NCBI GenBank assembly: GCA_031432545.1
Contig: JAVKGX010000005.1
Coordinates: 70,168-134,167, forward strand
Source of the DNA: Candidatus Caldifonticola tengchongensis
GTDB taxonomy: Bacteria > Sysuimicrobiota > Sysuimicrobiia > Sysuimicrobiales > Sysuimicrobiaceae
Direction: 5' to 3'
DNA: 64,000 nucleotides
In this document: piece by piece, positions 40,741-50,430 of the stretch
Layout: each line of letters begins with the position of its first letter
Numbering within the stretch: position 1 is the stretch's first letter
Notes under the pieces: generated by a model
Databases searched by the model: none
What the model saw: only the letters and a program-made list of their open reading frames with translations
Told to the model about the DNA's origin: nothing
Translations under genes and position numbers: made by a program

Positions 40741-41465
40741 CGCGCCGACCTCCGTGCCCGGCGGGCGGCCGTCGGGTCGGGCGGCTTGAACTTGTAACCC
40801 ACCCCACGGACGGTGACGATGAACGTCGGGCTGGCAGGATCGTCTTCGATCTTGTCGCGCAGCCGACTGATGTGCATGTCCACCGTGCGGGTGCTCCCGA
40901 AGTAGTCGTAGCCCCAGACGTGCTCCAGCAGCGCGTCGCGGCTGAAGACGCGGTTGGGATGGGCCATCAGCATGCGCAGCAGATCGAACTCCTTGGCGGT
41001 CAGCTCCACCGGCCGATCGCGCAGCCTGACCTCGCGGGTGTTCGGATCCAGAACCAGGTCGCCCGCCACCGTAGCGGGGAGAAGGCCCGTCTCGTCTCCG
41101 TCACCCCGGGTCCGGCGGAGGATGGCGCGGATGCGGGCCACCAGCTCTCGCGGGCTGAACGGCTTCGTCACGTAGTCGTCGGCACCGGTCTCCAACCCGA
41201 CGACGCGGTCCAGTTCGCTGTCCTTCGCGGTCAACACGAGGATGGGTACGGGGCTCTCGCGCCGCAGCGTACGGCAGATCTCCAGGCCGTCCACGTACGG
41301 GAGCATGAGGTCCAGCACGATGAGGTCCGGGCGCTCGCTGCGAGCGGCCTGCAGAGCGGAGCGGCCGTCGTAGGCCACGCGCACATCGAAGCCCTCCTGC
41401 GCCAAGTTGTAGCGCACCAGCTCCACGATGTGCGGCTCGTCGTCGACGACGAGGATCCTGTGCAT
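40737..41465 (-). CDS. OmpR/PhoB-family response regulator
   Basis: The receiver domain has ILVVDDE, DLIVLDLMLP, and TAK. A winged-helix C-terminus follows (VRGVGYKF). Confidence 0.92.
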   Translation of the reverse strand: MHRILVVDDEPHIVELVRYNLAQEGFDVRVAYDGRSALQAARSERPDLIVLDLMLPYVDGLEICRTLRRESPVPILVLTAKDSELDRVVGLETGADDYVTKPFSPRELVARIRAILRRTRGDGDETGLLPATVAGDLVLDPNTREVRLRDRPVELTAKEFDLLRMLMAHPNRVFSRDALLEHVWGYDYFGSTRTVDMHISRLRDKIEDDPASPTFIVTVRGVGYKFKPPDPTAARRARRSAR

Positions 41466-41543
41466 GGGAAGACTCTCAGAGCAATCTCCCGCCGCGGTGT
41501 CACGAGACGGTAACGACGGGGCCGAGTCCGTTGCGGGTCCCCG

Positions 41544-43133
41544 TCACACCCTCGGCCCGGCGTCCCGGATCTCCTGCGAGACCTGGCTGGCGAAGCGCCG
41601 GAAGTTCTCCGTGAACATCCGCGCCAGCCGGCGCGCCTGAGCGTCGTAGGCGTCCCCGTCGCTCCATGTCGCCCGCGGCAGCAGGATCTCTTGCGGCACG
41701 CCCGGTACGCGTTCCGGAACGTGCAGACCGAACACCGGATCCGAACGGTACGGCACGTCGTCGAGGTCTCCTGTGAGGGCGGCGCGCAGGAGCGCCCGCG
41801 TGTGCTGAATGCCGATCCGCCGACCGACGCCGAACGGACCACCGGTCCAACCGGTGTTGACCAGCCAGGCGCGGACGCGGTGGGCTCGGATCCGTCCGGC
41901 CAGCAGTTCGGCGTACCGTCCGGGGGCCAGGGGCAGGAAGGGCGCTCCGAAGCAGGCGCTGAACGTGGCCTCAGGATCGGTCACACCCCGCTCCGTGCCG
42001 GCCACCTTGGCGGTGTAGCCGGACAGGAAGTGGTACATCACCTGCTCGGGGGTCAGGCGCGCGATGGGCGGCAGGACTCCGAAGGCGTCGGCCGTCAGCA
42101 GGACGACGTCGCTGGGATGCCCGGCCCGTCCCCCGGGTACGTAGTTTGAAAGATGGGTGATCGGGTATGCGCCGCGGGTGTTCTCGGTGATGGTGGCGTC
42201 GTCGAGGTCCAGGGTGCGCGTGCTGGGGTCCATCACGACGTTCTCGAGGATCGTGCCGAACATCCGGGTCGTGGCGTAGATTTCGGGTTCGGCTTCCGGG
42301 GAGAGGCGGATCACCTTGGCGTAGCAGCCGCCCTCGAAATTGAAGATCCCTTCGTCGGTCCAGCCGTGCTCGTCGTCGCCCACCAGTGGCCTATGAGGAT
42401 CGGTGGAGAGCGTGGTCTTGCCGGTGCCCGAAAGTCCGAAGAACAGCGCGGACCGACCGTCGGCGCCGACGTTGGCGGAACAATGCATCGAGGGGATGCC
42501 CTGCCTGGGCAGCAGGTAGTTCATGACAGTGAACATCGACTTCTTGATCTCGCCGGCGTACGACGTGCCGCCGATCAAGACGATGCGCTGCGCGAAGTTC
42601 AAGACGATGAACGTCTCGGAGCGAGTACCGTGGCGCAGCGGGTCCGCCTGGCACGAGGGCAGGGAGACCACGGTGAACTGCGGATCGTGCAGGGCGGCGG
42701 CCGCCGGGTCTTCGATCCGTAAGAACAGGTTTCGGGCGAACAGACTGTGCCAGGCGTACTCCGTGATGACCCGGATCGGCAGGCGATACCGGGGATCGGC
42801 GCCGAGGTGCAGGTCCTGGACGTACAGATCGCGTGTGCGTGCGTGCCGGAACGCATGGTCGCGCAGAGCCTCGAAGTGCGCCGGCGCCATGGGGCGGTTG
42901 ACCTCGCCCCACCAGATCTCCGATTCGGTCTGCTCTTCGCGGACCACGAACTTGTCGTTCGGCGACCGGCCGGTATGAGGAGCGGTGATCGTCACGAGGG
43001 GGCCGCCTTCGGCCAGCGCGCCCTCGCGGCGGCGTACGGCGTGCTCGACGAGTTCCGGTGAGGAGAGATTCCAGTAGACCGCACCGTCGGTGGGGAACGG
43101 CAGGGAGGGAGTCGGCCTATCGGCGAGCTTCAT
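41544..43133 (-). CDS. pckA: phosphoenolpyruvate carboxykinase (ATP)
   Basis: Signatures are TGRSPNDKF, the kinase-1a motif [13 protein letters not shown], and [14 protein letters not shown] 43133 (MKLADRP...) gives the normal length. Confidence 0.92.
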   Translation of the reverse strand: MKLADRPTPSLPFPTDGAVYWNLSSPELVEHAVRRREGALAEGGPLVTITAPHTGRSPNDKFVVREEQTESEIWWGEVNRPMAPAHFEALRDHAFRHARTRDLYVQDLHLGADPRYRLPIRVITEYAWHSLFARNLFLRIEDPAAAALHDPQFTVVSLPSCQADPLRHGTRSETFIVLNFAQRIVLIGGTSYAGEIKKSMFTVMNYLLPRQGIPSMHCSANVGADGRSALFFGLSGTGKTTLSTDPHRPLVGDDEHGWTDEGIFNFEGGCYAKVIRLSPEAEPEIYATTRMFGTILENVVMDPSTRTLDLDDATITENTRGAYPITHLSNYVPGGRAGHPSDVVLLTADAFGVLPPIARLTPEQVMYHFLSGYTAKVAGTERGVTDPEATFSACFGAPFLPLAPGRYAELLAGRIRAHRVRAWLVNTGWTGGPFGVGRRIGIQHTRALLRAALTGDLDDVPYRSDPVFGLHVPERVPGVPQEILLPRATWSDGDAYDAQARRLARMFTENFRRFASQVSQEIRDAGPRV

Positions 43134-43462
43134 GCGCAGCCTCCTGGGCACGCTCGGAAAACGCGACAAAGCGCCGCGGGGTTCTGGGGCGCCCACCCGG
43201 GCTGAGCCGCCTTTGTCCCAGACCCTCCAGAAGGATAGCACGGGCGAGGAGCCCGAAGACTGCGCGGGCCGAAGCGGAGGTCCCGGGGCTCGGCCGGTCG
43301 TGTATCCTGGAGAACGGAGCGTCCCGGCCGTGTCCCTCCTGCCGGATGAGTCCGGCCGGCGCCTGCGACCCCGGCGGGGTCGGATTCGGATGACGGGGAG
43401 GCGGTCAGGCGGTGAAAACCCAAAGCCACACGGCGCCTTCGGTTCGGCGAATCCCTGATCGC

Positions 43463-44509
43463 ATGCGGGCCCTGCGCAAGACGGATCGATCGCCCGGCCT
43501 GACGTTGCACGAGGTGGCGGTCGGACAGCCCGGCCCGGGGGAGGTCCTGGTCCGCGTGCTCCGGGCCGGCATCTGCGGGACGGACCTCCACATCCACCGG
43601 TGGGACGCCTGGGCTGCCTCGCGGGTACGCCCGCTCACCACGCTGGGCCACGAGTTCTGCGGGGTCGTCGCGGCCGTCGGGCCCGGCGTCGCGGGTGTGA
43701 CCGAGGGCGAGCGGGTATCCGTCGAGTGCCACATCAACTGCGGACGTTGCCTGCAGTGCCGGAGCGGTCAGGCGCACATCTGCCCGAACATCGAGATCAT
43801 CGGGGTCGACCGGGACGGTGCGTTCGCCGACTACGTGGTCGTACCGGCCCGCAATCTCTGGCGGATTCCCCACGGGATCCCGGTCGACGTCGCGGCGATC
43901 ATGGACCCCATCGGGAACGCGGTCCACGCGGCGCTGTCGGCGAGCCTCGTCGCGGCGCGTGTCGTAGTCATCGGCTGCGGCCCGATCGGGCTCATCGCCG
44001 TCGCGGTCGCCCGCAGCGCCGGGGCCTCCCTCGTGGCGGCCACTGACGTCCGGCCGCGGCGGCTGGAACTGGCGCGCATCATGGGGGCCGATCTGGCGGT
44101 CGACGCCCGTGAGGATGTCGCCGAACTCCTCCTCGACGCCACCGGCGGCGTGGGCGCCGACGTCGTCCTTGAGATGTCCGGTCATCCCAACGGGCTCCAC
44201 ACCGGCCTGCGGGTGCTGCGCAACGGCGGCCACGTCGCGCTGCTGGGGCTGCCGTCCCGCCCCGTGGAACTGGACCTGACGAATCTGGTGATCTTCAAGG
44301 GCGCGACGGTTCTGGGAGTCTTCGGTCGGCGTCTGTGGGAGACGTGGGAGCAGAGCACGCGCCTGCTGCAGAACGGGCTGGACGTGACCCCGGTGATCAC
44401 GCACCGCTTTCCGCTGGAGGCGTTCGAGGAAGCCTTTTCGGTGCTGGAGTCGGGCGAGGCGGGGAAGGTCGTCTTCGAGATCGGGCCCGACTCAGAGCTC
44501 TGGGACTAG
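43463..44509 (+). CDS. tdh: L-threonine 3-dehydrogenase (zinc-type)
   Basis: Signatures are [16 protein letters not shown], and the structural-zinc motif [15 protein letters not shown]. It is paired with kbl downstream. Confidence 0.9.
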   Translation: MRALRKTDRSPGLTLHEVAVGQPGPGEVLVRVLRAGICGTDLHIHRWDAWAASRVRPLTTLGHEFCGVVAAVGPGVAGVTEGERVSVECHINCGRCLQCRSGQAHICPNIEIIGVDRDGAFADYVVVPARNLWRIPHGIPVDVAAIMDPIGNAVHAALSASLVAARVVVIGCGPIGLIAVAVARSAGASLVAATDVRPRRLELARIMGADLAVDAREDVAELLLDATGGVGADVVLEMSGHPNGLHTGLRVLRNGGHVALLGLPSRPVELDLTNLVIFKGATVLGVFGRRLWETWEQSTRLLQNGLDVTPVITHRFPLEAFEEAFSVLESGEAGKVVFEIGPDSELWD

Positions 44510-44574
44510 CGGTGTGGGGGTAGGGAGACTATGATGGGTGAGGTTTGCCGACAGCGGAAGCGAGGTGATCCGGT

Positions 44575-44916
44575 TTGATCAAGCCCGTCGTCGCGGTGGG
44601 CATAGCCTTCGCGGCCGTCTTCGCACAACTGTTGCCGTCGTGTGACGAACAGAGCCGCGTCGTTCTGGGTTGGGTGGAAGACAAGTACATCGAGGCGGAC
44701 TTCGGCCGGCAGTACATCATCGTGGTCGACCGCAAGCCGTACGACGTCCCGCGGCCCTTCTACGAAGACGTGCGGGTCGGGGACAAGGTGCGCTACGATG
44801 GGCGGAAGTGGGAGATCGTGCAGCGCGCGGGAGAGCCGTCGCGGCTGGTGCCGATTACGATCCTGTCCCCGTCCCCCAGCCCGACCCCCACTCCGCGTCC
44901 CTCACCGACGCCGTAG
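44575..44916 (+). CDS. small lipoprotein with a Pro/Ser/Thr-rich tail (hypothetical)
   Basis: It has a signal plus lipobox-like LLPSC and the C-terminus SPSPSPTPTPRPSPTP. It starts at TTG. I recognise no family. Confidence 0.5.
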   Translation: MIKPVVAVGIAFAAVFAQLLPSCDEQSRVVLGWVEDKYIEADFGRQYIIVVDRKPYDVPRPFYEDVRVGDKVRYDGRKWEIVQRAGEPSRLVPITILSPSPSPTPTPRPSPTP

Positions 44917-45050
44917 AGGGAGTCTGCAGGGTGACACCGTAGGCCGGCGGGCGCGGGTCTCCGAGCATCTGCAACGTCCGCCGCCGGGATCGCAGGGGTT
45001 TGCGCCCGTCCCGTCCAAGACCACAGACACCCGCCGTGGGAGGGTCCGGA

Positions 45051-46238
45051 ATGCTCCAGCAGACCCATCCGTTGCGTCATCTCGAGGCAGAACTCGCCGA
45101 CCTGCGCGCCCGCGGGCTGTACTGTTGGCCGCGAGAACTGCAGAGCGTGCAGGCTCCGCGGGCGGTCTACGACGGCCGAGAGGTCGTCAACCTGTGCTCG
45201 AACAACTACCTGGCGTTGGCGAATCATCCGAAGCTGAAGGAAGCCGCGCGCCGTGCCGTGGACCAGCTCGGCGTCGGCTCCGGTGCGGTCCGCACGATCG
45301 CGGGCAACATGGCGCTGCACCGCGAGTTGGAGGAAGAGCTGGCTCGCTTCAAGCACACCGAGGCGACCCTCCTCTACCAGTCGGGCTTTGCCGCCAACGC
45401 GGGCACGGTCTCCGCGATCCTCACGAAGGAGGACGTCGTCGTCAGCGACGAGCTGAACCACGCCAGCATCATCGACGGTTGCCGGCTCAGTGGCGCGACA
45501 AAGAAGATCTACCGCCACCGCGACGTCGCCCACGCGCGGGAGTTGCTGGCGGCCTCCCGCGACGCCCGCGTCGTCCTGCTGATCACCGACGGCGTGTTCA
45601 GCATGGACGGCGACATCGCGCCGTTGCCGGAACTGTGCGCGCTGGCGCGCGAGTACGGTGCGATCATGATGGTCGACGACGCTCATGCAAGCGGCGTGCT
45701 GGGGCGCCAAGGACGCGGGACGGTGGACCACTTCGGCCTGCACGGACAGGTGGACATCCAGGTCGGCACGCTGTCCAAGGCGTTCGCGACCCTGGGAGGA
45801 TACGTCGCGGGCAGCCGCGCGCTGATCGAGTACCTGATGCACAAAGCTCGGCCGCTGCTGTTCTCCACCTCTCACCCCCCGGCCGTCGCCGCCGCGGCGC
45901 TGGCCGCGGTGAGGGTGGTGCAGGAGGAGGAGGGGCTGATCGAGCGGCTGTGGGAGAACACGCGGTACTTCAAGGACGGGTTGCGCCAGCTGGGATTCGA
46001 CACCGGGGCCAGCCAGACGCCGATCACGCCCGTAATGACCGGCGACGAGATCCTCGCCATGCGCCTCAGCGACCGACTCTTCGAGGAGGGAGTGTTCGCG
46101 CTGGGCATCGGCTTCCCGACCGTCCCGCGTGGCAAGGCCCGGGTGCGCACGATCGTCACCTCTGGCCACACGCGCGAAGACCTGGACCGGGCGCTCGACG
46201 CGTTCGAACGGGTCGGCCGGGAACTGGGACTCATATGA
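45051..46238 (+). CDS. kbl: glycine C-acetyltransferase (2-amino-3-ketobutyrate CoA ligase)
   Basis: It has the class-II aminotransferase pattern (NNYLALANHP, DELNHASIIDG) and the PLP lysine in GTLSKAF. Confidence 0.9.
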   Translation: MLQQTHPLRHLEAELADLRARGLYCWPRELQSVQAPRAVYDGREVVNLCSNNYLALANHPKLKEAARRAVDQLGVGSGAVRTIAGNMALHRELEEELARFKHTEATLLYQSGFAANAGTVSAILTKEDVVVSDELNHASIIDGCRLSGATKKIYRHRDVAHARELLAASRDARVVLLITDGVFSMDGDIAPLPELCALAREYGAIMMVDDAHASGVLGRQGRGTVDHFGLHGQVDIQVGTLSKAFATLGGYVAGSRALIEYLMHKARPLLFSTSHPPAVAAAALAAVRVVQEEEGLIERLWENTRYFKDGLRQLGFDTGASQTPITPVMTGDEILAMRLSDRLFEEGVFALGIGFPTVPRGKARVRTIVTSGHTREDLDRALDAFERVGRELGLI

Positions 46239-46245
46239 ACGCGCC

Positions 46246-47481
46246 ATGAAGGTCTTCACGTCCCTACCCACCGTCGACGAGGCAGTCGACCGCTTCCTGG
46301 GCACGGTGCGCCCGCAGCCGAGGGGTTCGGAGATCGTACGGCTGGAACACGTGCTCGGCCGGATCACCGCCCAAGACCTCGTCGCGCCCGAAGACCTGCC
46401 ACCGTTCGACCGCTCGGCCGTGGACGGCTACGCGGTCCGCTGTGCGGACGTCGCAGGCGCTTCCGCTGAGGCTCCGGCCACACTCCGGGTGGTCGGCGAG
46501 GTCCGGGTGGGGGAGGCCGCTCGAGTTTCGCTCCTCCCCGGACAGGCAGTGCGTATTCCCACCGGAGGGATGTTGCCGGAGGGCGCGGACGCCGTCGTGA
46601 TGCAGGAGCACTGCGACCGCCAGGGTGAACGGCTGGCGGTGCACACGAGCGTGCAGGCCGGTGCCAACGTGGTCTGCCAGGCTGCCGACGTCCGCCGCGG
46701 CGAGGTCGTGGCACTTGCGGGTACGCGGATCCGGCCGCAGGAACTGGGGCTGCTCGCAGGGCTGGGCATCGTGGAGGTGCCGTGCTGTGTGCCGCCGCGC
46801 GTGGCGATCTTCTCCACCGGCGACGAGGTCGTGCCGGCCGACCGCACGCCGATGCCGGGTCAGGTGCGCGACATGAACCGCCACAGCCTGGCTGGGCAGG
46901 TGTCGCGTCTGGGCGCGGTCCCCCTCGTCGGCGGGATCCTGTCCGACGAGGCCGAGGCGGTCGAGCGGCGCCTGCGCGATGCGATGCACTCGGCGGACGT
47001 CCTCCTGGTGTCCGGCGGGAGTTCGGTGGGAGCACGCGACGTGCTGGCCGAGGTCGTCCCGCGTCTGGGCGCACCCGGCGTGGTGGTCCACGGGGTCGCG
47101 ATCAAACCAGGCAAGCCGACCCTGCTGGCGCTGTGCGACGGGAAGGTGGTGATCGGGCTGCCGGGCAACCCGGTCTCTGCGATGGTCGTCTTCGAGGCCT
47201 TCGCCAGACCGGTGCTGGAAGCGATGCTGGGGCTGCGGCCCGACCTCCGGGGCGCCCGTCGGGTCCTCGCCCGGCTGGCGCAGAGGTTGCGCGCTCCGGC
47301 TGACCGAGAGGAGTTCGTGCGCGTTCGAATCGCCGGGCGGGGCGACTGTCCGGTCGCACACCCCGTTCTGGGCGGATCTGCGATCATCACCACGATGACC
47401 CGCGCCGATGGCTACGTCCGCGTGCCGATGGGCCAGACGCTGGACGGCGGGGCGTGGGTCGAGGTGCATCTGTTCGACTGA
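46246..47481 (+). CDS. moeA: molybdopterin molybdotransferase
   Basis: Signatures are PPFDRSAVDGYAV, IPTGGMLP, FSTGDE, SGGSSVG, and LPGNPVSA. Confidence 0.88.
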   Translation: MKVFTSLPTVDEAVDRFLGTVRPQPRGSEIVRLEHVLGRITAQDLVAPEDLPPFDRSAVDGYAVRCADVAGASAEAPATLRVVGEVRVGEAARVSLLPGQAVRIPTGGMLPEGADAVVMQEHCDRQGERLAVHTSVQAGANVVCQAADVRRGEVVALAGTRIRPQELGLLAGLGIVEVPCCVPPRVAIFSTGDEVVPADRTPMPGQVRDMNRHSLAGQVSRLGAVPLVGGILSDEAEAVERRLRDAMHSADVLLVSGGSSVGARDVLAEVVPRLGAPGVVVHGVAIKPGKPTLLALCDGKVVIGLPGNPVSAMVVFEAFARPVLEAMLGLRPDLRGARRVLARLAQRLRAPADREEFVRVRIAGRGDCPVAHPVLGGSAIITTMTRADGYVRVPMGQTLDGGAWVEVHLFD

Positions 47482-47485
47482 GCGC

Positions 47486-47869
47486 ATGGACATGGTCCAC
47501 CCCGACCGCGGCGCCGCAGGACCTCCGGATCGGCCGGAGTACTTCAGTGGGGAGGTGCGCATGCAGCATCTCCGCCGGACCGACGACCCGCGCGGGGTGG
47601 AGATCGTCGCGGTCTTCTTCGAGCCTGGCTCCCGCACCCGACCGCACGTGCACCACACCGACCAGACGCTCGTGTTCTTCGAAGGGGAGGGAATCGTGGC
47701 GACGGAGACCGTACGGCGGACCGTGCGGGCCGGCGAGGTCGTCGTGATCCCGGCCGGTACCTGGCACTGGCACGGGGCGACCCGAAAGGCGGGTGCGTCC
47801 CACCTGTCGATCAAGCCGCCCGGACCCACCGATTGGGACGCGCCGCTGCGGAACTGGCATGAGTATTGA
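47486..47869 (+). CDS. cupin-domain protein
   Basis: The cupin motifs are G.R..PHVHH.DQ and [15 protein letters not shown]. Confidence 0.7.
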   Translation: MDMVHPDRGAAGPPDRPEYFSGEVRMQHLRRTDDPRGVEIVAVFFEPGSRTRPHVHHTDQTLVFFEGEGIVATETVRRTVRAGEVVVIPAGTWHWHGATRKAGASHLSIKPPGPTDWDAPLRNWHEY

Positions 47870-48467
47870 GGCACGGGGCCGGCGGTCGCAGGTCCACGGT
47901 CGGCGGCGGACGGACCGAAGCCCACAGAAGGCCGACACCCCGGCAGCGGCCTCCGCTCTGACCCATCTGGACTCGGCAGGGCGGCCGCGGATGGTCGACG
48001 TAGGCGCCAAGGCGGAGTCCGTTCGCGAGGCGACCGCGCGCGGGGAGGTCCGGATGAAGCCCGCGACGTTGGCCATGGTCCGCGAGGGCCGCGCGCACAA
48101 AGGAGACGTGCTGGCCGCCGCGCAGATCGCGGGGATCCAGGCCGCCAAGCGCACCTGGGAAATCGTCCCGATGTGCCACCCCGTTCCGCTGACGGGTGTG
48201 GAGATGGACTTCGACTTCGACGCGCAACAGTCGGCGGTTCGCATCCGGGCCACGGCCCGCACCGTCGCACGGACCGGCGTCGAGATGGAGGCGCTGACGG
48301 CCGTGGTGGCGGCGGCGCTGTGTGTCTACGACATGTGCAAGGCCGTGGACCGCGAGATGACCATCACCGAAGTCTGGCTGGAACGGAAGTCGGGCGGCCG
48401 GTCTGGCACGTGGGAGCGCACACCGGGCTTTGCACTCCGGAAGGCATCACGGGACGAACGGACGTGA
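47859..48467 (+). CDS. moaC: cyclic pyranopterin monophosphate synthase MoaC, with an Arg-rich N-terminal extension
   Basis: Signatures are [40 protein letters not shown], and GVEMEAL. ATG 47859 overlaps the cupin gene by 11 nt. Confidence 0.88.
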   Translation: MSIEARGRRSQVHGRRRTDRSPQKADTPAAASALTHLDSAGRPRMVDVGAKAESVREATARGEVRMKPATLAMVREGRAHKGDVLAAAQIAGIQAAKRTWEIVPMCHPVPLTGVEMDFDFDAQQSAVRIRATARTVARTGVEMEALTAVVAAALCVYDMCKAVDREMTITEVWLERKSGGRSGTWERTPGFALRKASRDERT

Positions 48468-48877
48468 TCGAGCGCGCCAACCGCTGCTTCGTGTGCGGTC
48501 CGGACAACCCCATCGGCTTGCACCTGCGCTTTTCTCCGGACGGCAGGGCGATCGAGGCGGAGTTCGTGCCGACCGAGCTGCACGTCGGATACGAGGGCAT
48601 CGTACACGGTGGCATCCTCGCGGCGGCGATGGATGACGCGATGGCCAATCTCTTCTACTTCCGCGGCCAGAAGGGTCTGACGGCCCGGATGGAGGTTCGA
48701 TTTCGGCGGGCGGTGCGGCCCGGACAGGCGCTCCGCGTCCGGGCCTGGATCGAGGAGGAGGGCCCGCGCACGATCACGGCGCGGGCCGAGGTCCTGTGCG
48801 GTGGGGACGTCGCCTGCGCGGCGTCGGGCACCTTCTTGCGGAGTCAGATCGAGCGGGACAGCCTTGGACAGTCCTGA
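48464..48877 (+). CDS. PaaI-family hotdog thioesterase
   Basis: Signatures are [12 protein letters not shown] and [16 protein letters not shown] 48464 overlaps the moaC stop (GTGA). Confidence 0.75.
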   Translation: MIERANRCFVCGPDNPIGLHLRFSPDGRAIEAEFVPTELHVGYEGIVHGGILAAAMDDAMANLFYFRGQKGLTARMEVRFRRAVRPGQALRVRAWIEEEGPRTITARAEVLCGGDVACAASGTFLRSQIERDSLGQS

Positions 48878-49337
48878 GCGCACCGTCCTCACCAACCGGC
48901 GCGCACGCCACGAATACCACATCGAGCAGACCCACGAAGCCGGTCTGGTGCTGACCGGGACCGAGGTGAAGTCGCTGCGCGCCGGAAAGGCCTCGCTCCA
49001 GGACGCCTACGCACGCATCCGCGGCGGCGAGGTGTGGCTGATGAACATGTATATCCACCCCTACGAGAAGGGAGGCGTCTTCAACCACGACCCGCTGCGT
49101 CCGCGCAAGCTGCTCCTCCGTTCGGAGGAGATCCGACGCCTGGTCGGCAGAGTCCAGCAGAGGGGTTACACACTGATCCCCCTGCGCGTGTACTTCCGGC
49201 GGGGCTACGCCAAGGTCGAGCTGGCGCTGGCGCGCGGCAAGAAACTGTACGACCGACGGGAAGCGGTGGCCCGGCGAGACGCCGAACGGCAGATCGCCCG
49301 CGCGGTTGGGGAACGCAAGCCCTCCCGGAATCCGTGA
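48864..49337 (+). CDS. smpB: SsrA-binding protein
   Basis: Signatures are NRRARHEY.IE...AG.VL.GTEVKSLR and PLR.RKLLL. It lies immediately upstream of tmRNA. The start is uncertain (TTG 48864). Confidence 0.9.
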   Translation: MDSPERTVLTNRRARHEYHIEQTHEAGLVLTGTEVKSLRAGKASLQDAYARIRGGEVWLMNMYIHPYEKGGVFNHDPLRPRKLLLRSEEIRRLVGRVQQRGYTLIPLRVYFRRGYAKVELALARGKKLYDRREAVARRDAERQIARAVGERKPSRNP

Positions 49338-49343
49338 TACAAT
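49335..49343 (+). promoter_or_regulatory. extended -10 element TGATACAAT ahead of ssrA
   Basis: It has the TGnTAnAAT form. It overlaps the smpB stop and lies 28 nt before the mature tmRNA 5' end. No convincing -35 element was seen. Confidence 0.35.
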
Positions 49344-49370
49344 GGTGAAGGCAACGACACTGTTGTAAAA

Positions 49371-49719
49371 GGGGGCGAAAGGTTTCGACTGGGCAGGAAG
49401 AAGCAGGGCTGCGGGCCGAGGTCCCAGGGTCCTCGCAAATCAACCTGGAAGGCGAACAAACGCCAACAAGCCCGTTCTCGCCGCGGCCTAATCCCCGCGG
49501 CCGCCTTCCGGGTCTCGCCGGCGGATCCGGGTAAGGCGTCACCGGCCGGCTGCGCTGGGCCGCTCCGCCCTCGGCGGCACGGCTAAGACAGAGGGGGCTG
49601 GTGCCGCGGCGATCCCGCCTGCGGGAGCGCACGGCGCGAGACGAGAACGCAGGCTAGGCTCGTAGACGCTCTGCCCTCACCTGCTCAGGACGCGGGTTCG
49701 ATTCCCGCCGCCTCCACCA
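49371..49719 (+). ncRNA. ssrA: transfer-messenger RNA (tmRNA)
   Basis: The 5' end is GGGGGCGAAAGGTTTCGAC. The 3' tRNA-like end is GGACGCGGGTTCGATTCCCGCCGCCTCCACCA, with a G3:U70 acceptor pair. An internal tag frame ends ...ANKPVLAAA-TAA (stop 49489-49491). It lies directly after smpB. Confidence 0.9.
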
Positions 49720-49805
49720 GAGTTGTAGGCTCCCTACAACGGCGCTCGTTCCGCCCTAGCGGAGGGGCGTCGGTCTCCCGAACGGCACGGACCGCAGCGA
49801 AAATG

Positions 49806-49830
49806 AGGAGGCCACCGTCGGCGGCCTCCT
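49806..49830 (-). terminator. hairpin terminator for the convergent minus-strand gene; may also stop ssrA read-through
   Basis: AGGAGGCC (49806-13) pairs with GGCCTCCT (49823-30). On the minus strand the hairpin is followed by CATTTT. Confidence 0.5.
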
Positions 49831-49862
49831 GGGCCAGACTGCCAGGTGCGACCGTCAGGCGT

Positions 49863-50357
49863 TCATCGGTCGCGCTCGGGCGGACAGGCATCAGGCTGAT
49901 CGTTCAGACACGGTGATCCGCTCAGCCGGACGCTGGGGATCGTCGGACCGACGATCACGAGCACGACACCTGTGGGGGCAATGACCAGCTGGACGTTGAC
50001 TTGCTGGATCGTGCCGATCGGCGTGCGGGCCACCACGGGTTGCCCCAGCTGCAGCGGCACGGTGTAGAACACTCGCCCCTGCAGTTTCGGCCCGGCCGGG
50101 GTGTTCATCCGGACGAGTTGGCCTGGCGGGATCCACACCCCGGGCTGGAGGAACAGGAGCGAGACACCGCGTTCGGTGCGGAGCACCGCGGTACGGTAGC
50201 AGCGGCCGGCCCGGATGACGACGGCACCGACCGCCACAGAACGGTCCGGGCAGAACAGTGCCGCCGCGGGGTCCGGACGCGCCCCGCCGGGGCCCGCGGC
50301 GGCTGGGATGCCCAGGGCGAGCACAAGACAGCTCGCTGTCGCGAGCAGACGGATCAT
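49863..50357 (-). CDS. secreted hypothetical protein
   Basis: It has a signal peptide (MIRLLATASCLVLALGIPAAA), coding-like composition, and a GGAGGTG SD before the ATG. I recognise no family. Confidence 0.55.
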   Translation of the reverse strand: MIRLLATASCLVLALGIPAAAGPGGARPDPAAALFCPDRSVAVGAVVIRAGRCYRTAVLRTERGVSLLFLQPGVWIPPGQLVRMNTPAGPKLQGRVFYTVPLQLGQPVVARTPIGTIQQVNVQLVIAPTGVVLVIVGPTIPSVRLSGSPCLNDQPDACPPERDR

Positions 50358-50430
50358 GGGATCACCTCCTCAGTCCTGATGCACAGGGCCTATATAGAGG
50401 ATACGAGGTCGGCGGGGCCTGCGGTTCCCG

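Noticed and set aside
43134-43462. A glycine or other riboswitch in the 329-bp divergent region between pckA and tdh.
   Set aside because: A CUGGAGAA string is the only resemblance to the glycine aptamer. The ACCGAAGGGGCAA-type core is absent and no convincing conserved helices are visible by eye.
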